Assembly: GCA_010909165.1 (NCBI GenBank)
Contig: VJWM01000106.1
Location: 806,001 to 870,000, forward strand
Direction of reading: 5' to 3'
DNA length: 64,000 nucleotides
From: Anthoceros angustus
Lineage: Eukaryota; Plantae; Anthocerotophyta
Of this stretch, positions 11,254 to 23,800 are shown in pieces (position 1 is the first letter of the stretch; each line of letters begins with the position of its first letter). Position numbers and translations under genes: made by a program. The notes under the pieces are model-generated. The model worked only from the letters and a program-made list of their open reading frames with translations, was not told where the DNA came from and did not search any database.

Positions 11254-12249
11254 ATGGCTCTCGCATCCAGCGCCGTGGCGTCGTCCTCTCTCGCAGGCCA
11301 GGTGAGCCTGAAGCCGGAGAACGAGCTGCTGGCCACGACCGGGGGCAGCGGCGACGCCCGCGTCTCCATGCGCAAGGCCGGCCGGCCGGCCAGGCCCAGC
11401 TCCGCCTCGGGCTCCCCCTGGTACGGCCCCGACCGAGCCAAGTACCTGGGCCCCTTCTCCGGCGAGACCCCGGCCTACCTCACCGGCGAGTTCCCGGGCG
11501 ACTACGGCTGGGACAGCGCTGGTGAGCATCCCAAGCTTGCGTGCATTGCTTCGATGCGCCTTCATGTCATGTGCGAGACCTGTTCCAGCATTCAGCAAAT
11601 TGCTTTGGCTTGCGTGCTCGGGTGCTTGGAGCGCGTCGTTGGTTGCAATGCTAAAGCTTACAGCGCCAATTCGATTCTGCGTTGCAATCTGTTTGCAGGC
11701 TTGTCGGCGGACCCGGAGAAGTTCGCCAAGAACAGGGAGCTGGAGGTGATCCACGCGCGGTGGGCGATGCTAGGGACTTTGGGCATGCTGTTCCCGGAGG
11801 TGCTGGCGAGCAGCGGGGTGAAGTTCGGGGAGGCGGTGTGGTTCAAGGCGGGGTCGCAGATCTTCCAGGAGGGGGGGCTGGACTACCTCGGGAGCCCGTC
11901 GCTGGTGCACGCGCAGAGCATTTTGGCGATCTGGGCGGCGCAGGTGATTCTCATGGGCGCGGTGGAGGGCTACCGCGTTGCGGGCGGGCCGCTGGGCGAG
12001 GTCGCCGACCCGCTGTACCCGGGCGGGAGCTTCGACCCGCTGGGCCTGGCGGACGACCCCGAGGCCTTCGCCGAGCTCAAGGTGAAGGAGATCAAGAACG
12101 GCAGGCTGGCCATGTTCTCCGCCTTCGGCTTCTTCGTGCAGGCCATCGTCACCGGGAAGGGCCCTCTGGCCAACCTCTCGGACCACGTCGCCCACCCCGC
12201 CGTCAACAACGCCTGGGCCTACGCCACCAACTTCGTCCCCGGTGCTTAG
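11254..12249 (+). CDS. LHCB: Major LHCII chlorophyll a/b-binding protein (Lhcb1/2/Lhcbm-like), 2 exons (11254-11521, 11699-12249)
   Basis: Transit peptide, then [16 protein letters not shown]...GDYGWDSAG|LSADPE...[14 protein letters not shown]...[12 protein letters not shown]...[14 protein letters not shown]. The 177-nt GTGAGC..TTGCAG intron is in frame and stop-free, which explains the 403-aa track ORF. Confidence 0.96.
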   Translation: MALASSAVASSSLAGQVSLKPENELLATTGGSGDARVSMRKAGRPARPSSASGSPWYGPDRAKYLGPFSGETPAYLTGEFPGDYGWDSAGEHPKLACIASMRLHVMCETCSSIQQIALACVLGCLERVVGCNAKAYSANSILRCNLFAGLSADPEKFAKNRELEVIHARWAMLGTLGMLFPEVLASSGVKFGEAVWFKAGSQIFQEGGLDYLGSPSLVHAQSILAIWAAQVILMGAVEGYRVAGGPLGEVADPLYPGGSFDPLGLADDPEAFAELKVKEIKNGRLAMFSAFGFFVQAIVTGKGPLANLSDHVAHPAVNNAWAYATNFVPGA

Positions 12250-12323
12250 ATAGATCGATCCACTATTCGGCGACAATCAGCGAATGTGGGGGCCGGCGGC
12301 ATGCATGGTGGACATCTTGGAGA

Positions 12324-12370
12324 CGTCTCGTCTCGTCTCGTCTCGTCTCGTCTCGTCTCGTCTCGTCTCG
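12324..12370. repeat. (CGTCT)n pentanucleotide microsatellite, ~9 units, in the Lhcb 3' region
   Basis: Directly visible. Confidence 0.95.
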
Positions 12371-13528
12371 GAGTTGGATCGTGATGTTCTTCATACATAG
12401 CTTCTTGGGAGGCAACATTTTTGCGGTGCTGGTCGGGGACGAGGACGAGGACCTCCAGCTCCATCGAATGTATGTACAAACAGGCAATAACCACCGACAT
12501 CTATGCGCGTTTTGTGTCAATATCTTGCCTGCCAGAGTCGCGAGGATCATCGCTGTCCCGTCCCCACTGACGTCCCACCACTTCTGCTCGCGAGTATCTT
12601 CTGCAACAAGGTTGTCTAAATGTCCTGCCAATCAGCTGGTTAGATAATACCCGTTTTCGGATCTGGTGCACCCCACCTGACATCACCATCCGTGGACATC
12701 GTACTCTTATGTACCTTGACCCTACGCTTCGGCCTCTTTGTCACTTGGTGTACGAGATTTGATATCTAAATATTTTATTGAAATAAGCCTACAATGTTGG
12801 AGGGGGAGGACGGAATGCGGACAGCTACATATGTGTACGTATACTCTTTGGTTCGCTTTACGGAGCTATGTTCACCGTTCACCTTGTCATCCGCCAGCTT
12901 TCACTGGCTAGATTGAACGAAAATATAAAGTTGTTATGGCCCCCTTTGAAAAAAAAGTGCTGGGCAGCATGCAGGCTAGCTATGGTTAGGCTACGACCCT
13001 ACCCCACTCATCGTACCCAATCGCCCAACAAGCACAGCACACTATCTTCAGCACCGTAATCGGATCCCTTGAGAAGTAGCCACGGCCGTGGAATCGTCTT
13101 GGCCTCAGTGATCCACCCACCGCATTACTCTGTGTCGCACCGCATTACTCTGCGTCGCACCACATCGCATTGCTCCGTGTCGCACCGCACTGCATTGCTC
13201 TACTTAGCATTGCATTGCGCTGTTATTGCACAATGTGGCAGCCCGCAACAGGCGGCCAAAAGGCGGTGGGGATGTGTCCTCCACATTTTGCGGTGATGTT
13301 GGTTTTGCTCGAAAAGGCATCACTTACACCACCTCCTCCTCCCACATTTTTCTGAAGGAGAGCGGGGGGCTCTCGGGGGAGGTGCGAGAGTGGCAGCATG
13401 ACCCATAGCAGCACACAAAAAGGTATGGTAGTAGCCACTCAAAGTGCTCTCGTGCCACCGCAAGGTTGTGCCTCCTCTCCCATTCCTAAGGATATGCCGT
13501 CTGCATGTGCTAGATGGGAGCGCGGGTG

Positions 13529-13592
13529 GGGGTGCGGTGGTATCAAGCTTTGAGGCGATGGGGGTGCGGTGGTATCAAGCTTTGAGGCGGTG
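13529..13592. repeat. 32-bp direct tandem duplication
   Basis: ggggtgcggtggtatcaagctttgaggcg(a/g)tg twice. Confidence 0.85.
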
Positions 13593-15979
13593 GGGGATGT
13601 GTCCTCCACCGCAAACTTCGGGAATACCACGGCTCGTGGCTACAAGCCCCGGACCGCAAGTGCCCTGACTCGCAGATCGCCCGCCTACACTATTGACTTG
13701 GATCAAGTTGCTACACCTCCCCAGCCTTAGTTCGATCCAAAAGAACTGTCGAATTCTTTGTGTGACTCTTTGCTGCAGTTCGCAGATACCCAAGGCCCGC
13801 TAATCCTAATCAACTGGGACTCTTATCGACGCCATGCGCCAACCTTGATCAACCTGCAGCAAGTGCCCACTCCTCCTCGACCAGCGCAAGAATACGACAT
13901 CATTGGGCAAATGGGGTTGGCCACAAGATGACGGGACGGTACGTGGGCACCCCTAGATGATCCTCGTCTTGCCCAAACACATTATGACGCATGATGCAAT
14001 GGTGCTAGAGGAAGATGTGGATGTCCTCCTCAAGGACACAATCAGAGCGGGATTGCCCACTCGCATCGCACGCCCCCGGACACTTATCGCAAATTTTGGG
14101 TGGGGCCCTTTGTGTCGTGTTGTGTAGGTTGATATTCTAATTTCTAGCATTTAGTCATGGTGGAGCTGTTGTCCCCTAGTTAGTACATTGTCTTGCCCAA
14201 TGGCCCGGACTCCAGTTACACGCAATCTTCAAATGATTTAGGCTTAAGCAATGCCGTCTTGCACCCCCTTGCGTTTGGGGCAAGGAGTCTAGACCCTCTA
14301 CCCAACATGTGGCAAGAATGAGCTATAGGAGCACATCATCGCATAAAACAATCATGAGTTGGGGCAATATTCATTTACTATTTCGCTCCCAACTATAGAC
14401 ACATCTACTTTTTAATAAGATGAGTGGTGGAAACGGTAAGTTATTGTTTTTGCAGCCTTCCCCAAATTTCATTTTAGTACCTTCCATACTAGACAATAGC
14501 AAGCTCTTGAGGTTGATAAGCTTTTCGTAAAAAAGCTAGCATAAACCTCTGGCAAATATCAAACAAGGTTGAATCTCTAATTCCAAAGTTTCGCTAACGC
14601 TTGTACATGGAAGGCAAAGCATCGCAAAGTACTTGTCACTTGCTCATCTACACAATCATAGAATTATATGAGGATTAGAACTCAAACCATGAATTTACTA
14701 TGATACTAAATCATTGTAAACTAGGGAGCATATGTGACCAGTCGATGTGGGTGTGAACTTTAAAAACGTCCTCAAATCGTTGTACATGGGTCAGAAACAG
14801 TTGTAAAGTCTTTACACCCAAATCTTTTACTTTGAGTTTTATGTAAAACTCTTCACGAGCGGTTTCCAAACGTAAGCTAGGAAGCATTTGTCCCACATCA
14901 CAAATGGTTGCCAGAAGGTTATCATTTGTGGAAGATACACCTTGCATCTCTTCCTTCATAGTTATTGTAAGTGCTTCCAAAGCTAAATTTTGATTCTTAA
15001 GAATAAACGCTAGGGAAGAAGTTGGAAATTATGGATTAAAAAGCATTGGGAGAATAATACTGAGCACGAATACTAGGTTTTCTATGATTGAGAACTGCTA
15101 CAAATTTCAAATTGTTCGAATTGGGTAGAACCACTCACGATTTACGCCTGCCTCAAAACCCTGTAAAATATGGAGGCAGAAATTTCGAAGATGAGCCTAA
15201 GTGGTAGGAGAGGAACACTCGCGATCAGAGATGAGCCCTAACAGTCGGAGACGAGCACTTGCGATGTCGTTCATGTGACAATAATAGTAATGCAAAAATG
15301 TGGGATGCAATTCTTAGGCATTGGTGGCTTCTGGTGTCCCAACTTATGACGGTTGTCGTGCCCAGTCTTAGGCTTGAAAAAATTGGGCACATATGATTGT
15401 ACGAACCCGGGCTTATAAGTTTTATCCGAGCCAAGGTTTCGAGCTCATGCAAAATGGCTCCTGAGGCCATTTCTCAAGTTGACCCGACCCAACCTGTCCC
15501 ACAGAAAACACACTGGTAGGGGTGACCACTTTCATATGCATAGCAGGGATATGAAATGGAAGGGAATGACGGTAAAGTGTACTAGCACACGCCTTTTATA
15601 GTAAGATAATCCAGTAAGAAGGTCAGCTAGTTGGTATATTTCATTCCTAGTCCCGAATCTTTTTCAAGTTTGTTTGTAGGCTCTCAAACTTGTTCTAGTA
15701 TCGACTTGAAGTTTTGAAAACTTGTTGAGCTTCATTAATGGCCTTCCGTCATTCATGGTAGCCTTGGTCTTCTTCATACACTTGCTTCCGTAATTCTCAC
15801 CAAATCATTACGGGCGGCTTGTAGTACTAGCTTTTGACCCATTACAAGAAGATGGGCTTTTGGCGTGCTGTTGGATGTTTCCCGAACGCATCATTTAGAT
15901 TTTCTCTTAAATATCAATGTTCATAATCCGTATCCATTTTACAATCAGAGTATTATTTTATTAATACTCTGATTGAGAC

Positions 15980-16345
15980 ATTGAGACTCACGGGGCTATG
16001 GGCAAGGATTTTTCTCGACTCATTAAGGACTGTGCTAAAGCCTACCACAGTCGTGGGAACGGGGTGGGTCTCCCTCTTTTCTCAGTGATGGTTATCTTTC
16101 GTCAGCGGGTATCCATCGCCCTGTAGAGAGCACTCGCCAACGCTATTTAGAGGACGGCAACGAACGTAGGAGACGTGGCGTCATCGGCACCAGTTGTAGG
16201 TAGGCCTTTCCTCATCTCGGACGACGACATAATCAGGGCAGTAGGTAGCTTCGGGGTTGGCATTCGTGTAGGCTAGCTTCGGGGTTGGCATTCGTGTAGG
16301 CTAGCCCTCCTGGCTCTTGGCCCTTTAGTGGGTTCTCCCCCCCCT
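15980..16345 (+). mobile_element. Second, 5'-truncated copy of the CRE-like retrotransposon 3' end
   Basis: attgagactcacgggg..atgggcaagga..gtgctaaagc..accagttgtaggtaggcctttcctc..gcagtaggtagcttc aligns by eye with 4630-4897. It ends in a 28-bp tandem duplication (units at 16246 and 16274). Confidence 0.75.
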
Positions 16346-17349
16346 CAATTTGGGTGGGGTAGATGGGTATTCCCATCTCTTCTTTTTAATAAAGTTTCCA
16401 TTGTTCATTTTATTAATACATTCTTTTAAATACAAGTGGTCATAATCTACTTTTATTTTGGAAGTTATAGCACGGACTGTATAAGGGCAGGGAAAGAAGG
16501 GCGCGGCCAAGATTAAAACACAGAAATACACTGGAGCGGAATTTCTTTCGACATGTATAGTTGCCGAGGATATTATGGCGAGTCGGTAGAGTATCTGTGT
16601 GCCGGCCCAAGAAAACATCGATCATGGGATGCCGAGACCGGCAGAACCGGAGAGTGGGCAGGTCGAGGCGGTCGTGCGGTCGCCTCGGGAGCGGCACGGG
16701 CTACAGCAGGTCGCGGTCCCGCACGTGCGGACACAGATGGTGCGCAGTGGAGGGGAAGGCTAAATTTAAGTTACGGGGGTGCCATAAAGCGACTGGGCAC
16801 AGCACATGGCCGTCGCTTTTGGGCTGTGAACGGCACCAAACCCATTCCATGGGATGGCCCCACCCACCGCCTCCGTTAAGCTAGCGCACACTCCCCCCGT
16901 TACTGTTTACCGACACTGTTACCGCGTATGTACTTGCATACCACTTTTTCACCCGTCGAGCAAACGGCAATTAACCGTTGACAGCCGACGAAGGCTGGAC
17001 TGCTGTCGCGTCCCTCTCGCTCCGTGGAGGCCCCCCCCCGGAGCGGTGGCAGCGGCAGCAGCGGCGCCGGGCAAAGGCCTCGCTCTGCGTGCCGGGCCAG
17101 GGAAGATCTTGTCCTGCCGCAGCTCGTCGTGGGCTGGCGCGGGCTGGCAGCCGTGCGGGCGGGCCACCGGATAAGACGCGGCCGGGACCGCTGTAGCCCC
17201 GCGCCGGGTCCCGGGGAAGCGCTAGCCCGGGCGCCTGGCTGGCCGCGCTCGGCCCCCATTTCGTCTCTCTCCGCTGGGAACGCGGTCATTAGCTGCGGAG
17301 CCGCGCGAAGTTGTGCAGGCTCGCCAGATGACGGCCTGGCCCCCGCGGC

Positions 17350-17465
17350 ACCAGCAGCAGCAGCAGCAGCAGCGGCTTCGGCGAGCTCCATTTCTGCTGG
17401 CGCTCGCGCAGCAGCAGCAGCAGCAGCAGCGGCTCCTCCAGCGCCAGCCGCAGCGGCAGCAGCGA
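17350..17465. repeat. (GCA)n trinucleotide tracts upstream of the methyltransferase ATG
   Basis: Two ~7-unit CAG/GCA runs plus degenerate units; they cause the poly-Ala/poly-Cys spurious ORFs. Confidence 0.9.
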
Positions 17466-17590
17466 AGAAGCTTGTAGATCTCGCAGCGGCAGCTGGGGAA
17501 GCAGCGGGAGCGAGGGGCGCGAGCTGAAGCGTGGCGCTGCGGGGGCACCAGCTGCTGCACCGGGCCCGGGGGGAGGAACAGCGGGGCAAG

Positions 17591-20122
17591 ATGAAGGAGA
17601 AGGAGTCCAAAATCGCGCTCATGAGCGAGAGGAAGCAGCGGCTGGTGCCGCTGGCGCTCATGGTGATCTCGCTCTGCGCCATCTCCTTCTACCTCGGGGG
17701 GGCCTTCTGGTCGGACAAGAATGTGATTGCTTCGTCCGAGGATGCGGATGTGAAGGCCGGGGTTGGATGCACCTCGCTGGCGTTGGTGAAGCAGGAGCCG
17801 TTCGGGTCTTGCCCGATCGCGCTGCAGGACATGACTCCCTGCACCGACCCCAGGGTATGCTGGGGTTTTGGATCTGGATGCTGGATGTTTGTCGGTTAGT
17901 ACGGCGTGCGTGTGTGTCGAGGCTCATGGATGTGTGTGGTGGGCTTGGTGCAGAGGTGGAAGAAGTTCCCCAAGCAGCGGATGGCATTCAGGGAGAGGCA
18001 TTGCCCGCCGATCTCGGAACGACAGCTCTGCTTGATCCCGCCGCCGGAGGGGTACAAGACGACCATCCCGTGGCCCAAGAGCAGGGATGAGTGCTGGTAT
18101 AGGTAGGTGTTGCCCGGGGGCTCGAGTGGCTGCTTAGCTGGGAGGTGGCGGATCTGTTAGGTCTCTCATGTGCGGATTCGCGTGCGCCGTGCTGCAGAAA
18201 TGTGCCGTACGAGTGGATCAACACTGCCAAGGCCAACCAAAACTGGTTGAGGAAAAAGGGAGAGAAGTTCATCTTCCCCGGTGGAGGCACCATGTTCCCC
18301 AACGGGGTTGGTGAATACATTGACCTCATGGAGGATCTCATCCCGGAGATGAAGGATGGCAGCGTCAGGACTGCTCTGGATACCGGTTGTGGGGTAGGTT
18401 ATTTTTGTTTTAAGCGTGATTCAGTCCGTCCGAGGCTAGATCTGGTGCCCTGGTGGAGCATCGCTCGTGTCGGATGGTTGTTGAGAAGGCGCATGTCTTG
18501 ATCCGTCGCAGGTGGCCAGTTGGGGTGGGGCATTGCTGGATCGGAATATCTTGACCATGTCGTTGGCGCCTAGGGACAACCATGAGGCCCAGGTGCAGTT
18601 TGCGCTGGAGCGAGGCATTCCTGCCATTCTTGGTGTCCTGGCCACTGAGAGGATGCCTTTCCCGGCTAATGCTTTCGACATGGCTCATTGCTCCCGCTGC
18701 CTGATCCCCTGGACGGAGTTCGGTGAGTCCGATCTTGTGTTAGACCCTGCAGCAGTACTGGAGCCTGTCTTATTTCTTCTTGTACCAGGAGTCACTGTTT
18801 AACCTTTCGTAACGCTGCAGGTGGTGTGCTGCTTCTGGAGGTGGACCGTGTGTTGCGTCCCGGAGGTTTTTGGGTGCTCTCTGGACCCCCTGTGAACTAT
18901 CAGGTTCACTGGAAGGGATGGGAATCTACTGAAGAAAAGCAAAGACGCGATATGGATAACCTTCAAGACTTGTTGAAGCGAATGTGCTACACGGAATACA
19001 GCAGGAAGGACGACATTGCTGTGTGGCAGAAGCCTTTTGACAACTCCTGCTATGAAGCAAGAAACACTCTGGACGACGCTGTTCCTGAGCCTCCTATTTG
19101 TGATGATCACATTGAGGCAGATGCTGCCTGGTAAGCCTCGTGCACCTGGGTCACCGAAGTTTTCTGCCAAACGGCCTGTTTCCTTCCATATTTCCTGGAT
19201 TTCCTTAGCGTCCTGTGAGCTTGGATGTTCGGGAGCGAGTTTACCGTCTGCTGATGGTTGCAATGCAGGTATACTCCGATGAGGCCGTGCATTGTTCCAC
19301 AAGATAGACTTGCCAAGAAAATAGCTATTGGTCTCCAGCCAGCTTGGCCAGCCCGGCTCACCACTCCTCCCGATCGCTTGAACTTTGTGAGTAGTAACAA
19401 GGCAAACTTCAAGGCAGATACTGCAGTGTGGGCGGAGCGTGTAGCTCACTACAAAACCTTGGTGCCGGATTTGGGTACCGACAAGATTAGAAATGTGATG
19501 GACATGAATACCGAATTTGGAGGGTTTGCTGCTGCTCTCATTGAAGATCCTGTGTGGGTGATGAACGTCGTCTCCTCCTATGCAATTAACACACTGGGTA
19601 TTGTTTTCGACCGAGGGTTGATCGGTACCCTCAACGACTGGTAAGGTTCTCATTCTCGGCTAGTTGCCTGAGTTTGTCATGCTGTTTGGGGTGTGTATTC
19701 TGATCTGCAGTTTGATTCAGGTGCGAGGCGTTCTCTACGTATCCAAGAACGTATGACCTGCTCCATGTTTCCAGTCTCTTATCAGCCGAAAGCCACAGGT
19801 ATCCCAGCACCATATTACTAGTATGTAACGCATGACAGTTTCTCCCGGTGCTTGTTATAACAGCATTTTGTGGTGCAGGTGTGACATGAAGTATGTGCTC
19901 CTGGAAATGGACCGCATCTTGAGGCCTAAGGGCTTTGCGATCATCCGTGATACTCCACAGTTGCTGGAGAATGCCAAGGTATACGGGAAGGCCATGCGAT
20001 GGAGGTGCAAGCAGTACGAATCTTACAAGCCGGATGATCCTCAGGGAGTCTTAGTCTGCAAGAAGACGGTCTGGACAGCTGACGAAAGCCAATCAACTGT
20101 AGGAAGCGGCAGCGGGAGATAG
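17591..20122 (+). CDS. Probable Golgi SAM-dependent (pectin) methyltransferase, PMT20/21 (ERD3)-like, 8 exons
   Basis: Exons 17591-17854, 17954-18102, 18198-18393, 18512-18722, 18821-19130, 19269-19640, 19721-19798, 19879-20122, all GT-AG. N-terminal TM helix; motifs [59 protein letters not shown]. Confidence 0.93.
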
Positions 20123-20853
20123 TTCACTTCTTTCGGTATAAGGTGGAGGTGCCTAGTGAATTCTTGGCCAGGGTACTTGGGGGTCTGTGGCTGCTAATGT
20201 AGTTCTAGGTCGCGGATTATTGTTTTTCTCACGCGAGTTGCATTCTAATGAATAGGGCACAACTTGACACTGAGAATTCTACTCGTAAGTTTACTTATCG
20301 TAGTTCAGCTACTGCTAGGCTGCTGAGTATTAGTACATTTATTGTCTTTTCCTAAAGGTACCGAAAGGAGCCTTGTCCGTAGGTTTGATGCCTATGGCGG
20401 ATTTAACCACAACTGTTGGGTCTCATGCCCTGGGACACCAGGCAGAGCAGTTCTTCCATGGTCTTGGCAGAATTTTTGAACCCAATGAATATGAGACGGA
20501 TGTACAGAAAAGCTGGTTTCATGTCCTGTCTCCGGGTCTGTACAATTGGGAATGGGTCAAGCTAGTTGACGAGCCTCCGTCGTCTCCTCACAACCCCAGA
20601 GTCTCCTCTTTCGTGTGGGAAGTGGTTTTCTCCCCGTCCTGTGTGGAGCAGGTTTCCCCTCGTTTGGGCACACACAATGGAGCATCCACTTGACAACACA
20701 TAGCATTCCTTTACACACGAGAGTCGGTGCTCGTTTCAACTTTCCCCTCTTTGGTGTGGTGTGGTACCCCTCGAAGATCTCACTGACTGGCCAACAAAAG
20801 AGGTTAGCTGTTTACCCACTTTACAAAACTGATGCATTCGCAGGATGGGCGAT

Positions 20854-23800
20854 TCAATTTTTGTTTCTAATTATTAAGTTGTAATCCTTTTGTGAGTTTT
20901 TAAGATCGTTATGTTGACTTACTTCTAAACCGGAAGAAGAATCCCTTAGCCGATTAAGGATACGTGCTTGAAGACGTTGAATCTCCATGTGAAGACTGTC
21001 GACAGCCCCTGGGTCATCTTCTAGCGTCATGCGGAATGCCGCTTCACTAGATGTCCGAGCTGAATCAGTACCCCTTCCCTGACTTAAATCAGTAATGACC
21101 AATGGGTCTGTGGCTGAGGGTCGACTCGTAGAGACAAGAGCGAAGGATGTTTCCCAATCGGATTGAGTTGGATCATGCCCTGAGTAAAAAATAGAGTGTG
21201 GACCTACATCATATATAATTGGTCGGTCCATAGGATCTTCATCATCTGAGGTTCCATGGACTCCCTCTATGTCTTCTATAGTACTAGTTGAGTTAATAGT
21301 CGGATGATTTCCGGAAATAGGTGAATTACGTCCGTTATTTGGACGACATTGTTCTTCATGTCCTTTGGTACTGTTATGAGTTACTGTAGGTGAACTACTC
21401 CTTTGGGTTGGCTCTGTTGCATACAGATTTGTATCATGCTGTATTGTTGCTTTTAATTGCCCATATGTATTTCTTGTAGTTTCTTTCACATGAGGAGATT
21501 GCAATCTATTCCGTTGTGTAGCATTAGCATCCACTTGCTCAGCAGCAATTCCCCATGTACTTAATCCATTACTGAAAGATTTAGTCTTGAAAGAATCAGA
21601 ATCTGCAAACAAGTTATCCTATTAACAAATGTTCATCTCTTTTACATACTAAAAATTGAGTAAACAGTTTTGAACATTAATCAAGTTTCCATTCCTACCT
21701 TGTAGAAGTTTCATTTCATATTCAAGTTTCCTTATGCGAGTTTCTTTTGCATCCAATGCCAACTCCAAATCAGAAGACTGCTGTAATATTTCTTGCATCT
21801 ACATGTCGGAAAAAATTGGGGAGATATCCAATTTAATCTAAAAACTTCTACTAAAATATCAAAAGAATGAAAATAAATTCTTGAAAATAAAATGATGTAT
21901 AAAACCATTTCTTACCTCATTTTGTTTATTAGACAACATAGTTTCCAATTCTTGGATACGAGAATCACGGGCCTCAACTGTTTCGCAAAGAGTGCAATTT
22001 GCCACAGCCAACTTCCTTTGTACTTCTCCAAGTTCCAACTCTCTTCTCTGTAATGTACCCTTAGTTTTTTTGAAATATAAAACATTAAAGTGAGAACATA
22101 TAACCATCAAATTTATTTTGCGTATTTACCCGGCAATTTCCTTCCAATGTTGCAAATTGTTGTTCTCTATCATCAAGGAGTTTACGAAGAGAAGCAGCTA
22201 TTTCAAATGCACTCTGTAATTTGTCTTGGTTTTCATCAGATGCTCCTTCAAGTCTCTCTATAGAATCTTTCAAGGACTACACAAAATTATAGATGTGTAA
22301 GATAAAAGATAATATGGATATGTAACTTAATTAAGTTGTAATCATTTGAAACACATGAAAAATAAATGTCGATAATGTGAATTATGGAATGGACCTTCTC
22401 ATAAGCTTCGATTTGAGCAGCCTTTTCAAGAAGTTGCACATTCTTTTCTTTCAAGGCATCTTCAAGTGTTTGGATTTCTAGTGCATGATGTACTTCAGCA
22501 GCCGCATCTTCCATATGCTTTGTATTCATCTTTTTCTGTATTATCATATAAATTAATTTGAGGAGGATAAAATATTGAAAAGAATGTACAAATTCATCAT
22601 CAAATACTCTCTCAGATACTTACTTGTAATTGATGAAGCTCGGCCTTGACATCTTCCACGCGTTGTTGACATTCCTCGACTTCACCTCTCAATGAGCCCT
22701 CAAGTACTGCACCATCTTCTAATGCACGTTGCAGATCCTCCTCTTGTTTTAGCTTTTCATTTATGGTTGTTTTGAGTTGTGCTATTTCCGCTGACATAAC
22801 ATGCAAACGATCAATAAGTTGAAGATTCTCCATATCTATGGAAGAGGCAAGGTGTTTTTGTTCGTCAACTTGAACCTACATATGTGACAACATCACAATC
22901 AGTACCAACATCATTGTGAATTTTCCAAGGATCTTGAATTCATTTACATTATAACAGAATGACCTGGGCCTCCTTGAGATCGTTTTGAATTTTGGCATTA
23001 GTTTGTAATAACTCGTCAAAGGTACTGTGCATCCAACAATGGATAGTTGTACTCAATAGTGTTCTTTGTCTTCGAGATGCAAGCAGTAGTTGAAGTTGAA
23101 ATGCGCGTCTTTTCCACGCCATAACCTCCCACCAAAATACCAGCAATCCTCGTGCAAACTACATAATTTCTATTAGTGTTTCAACCATTTTCTTGTATTT
23201 TAAACGTATGAGACAATATGGAAATACATGATATTTGATTGAGTTCAACATACTTTTTGTTCTCGCCTTAGTGCATGTACTATTGCCTTAGTCTCTTTTT
23301 TCTTCCTGCAACATGTGTCTTTGCATATGTGAGATGTTCCTTTTCCTTGAATATTGAGTCCTCAAAAAGCTGTAAATGATTTTATGACATATATGACAAT
23401 TCTTTTTGGTGTTCACTTTATTGCATAATGTAGATGATGATCTCGCCAAAACACCATAGCAGCTTTTAAAAGAGCTTGATTGACTTCTGTAGCTGCACGA
23501 GCTTCTGCTTTTTGTAATGCAGTGTTTTTTCTCCAAGTTAAGAGACCCTAATTTGATGGATCCAATTGTTAAAAACTTAATCTCAGTTGCAATCAGTTAT
23601 TGAAAATTTTGATTTTTTTCAGATAATATGAATTAAAAAAAATTAAATTCAGAGCTATAAAATTTGTATGGAAAAGGATGGGATGAGGACCTTGGTTCGT
23701 AATGTATGAAGATAGTGTCTAAATGCTAGAGCTTTGGAAAGTCGTACTTGACGTTTTCTTTTGACAAAAGATCGCCAAGTTTTCATGACAGCACGCCATT

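Noticed and set aside
11038-12249. 403-aa Lhcb ORF with an N-terminal extension and a 59-aa internal insert
   Set aside because: The insert is a canonical 177-nt GT-AG intron that happens to be in frame; the real ATG is at 11254.
14400-15500. Possible hAT/MULE transposase remnant
   Set aside because: Short ORFs without diagnostic motifs or termini I can support.
16900-17682. 260-aa and 167-aa Ala-rich ORFs around the methyltransferase 5' end
   Set aside because: Explained by (GCA)n tracts and high GC; no domain motifs.
19799-19878. PMT intron starting GTATCC as a possible U12 GT-AG intron
   Set aside because: Donor is GTATCCCA rather than GTATCCTT, and no CCTTRAC branch site is visible.
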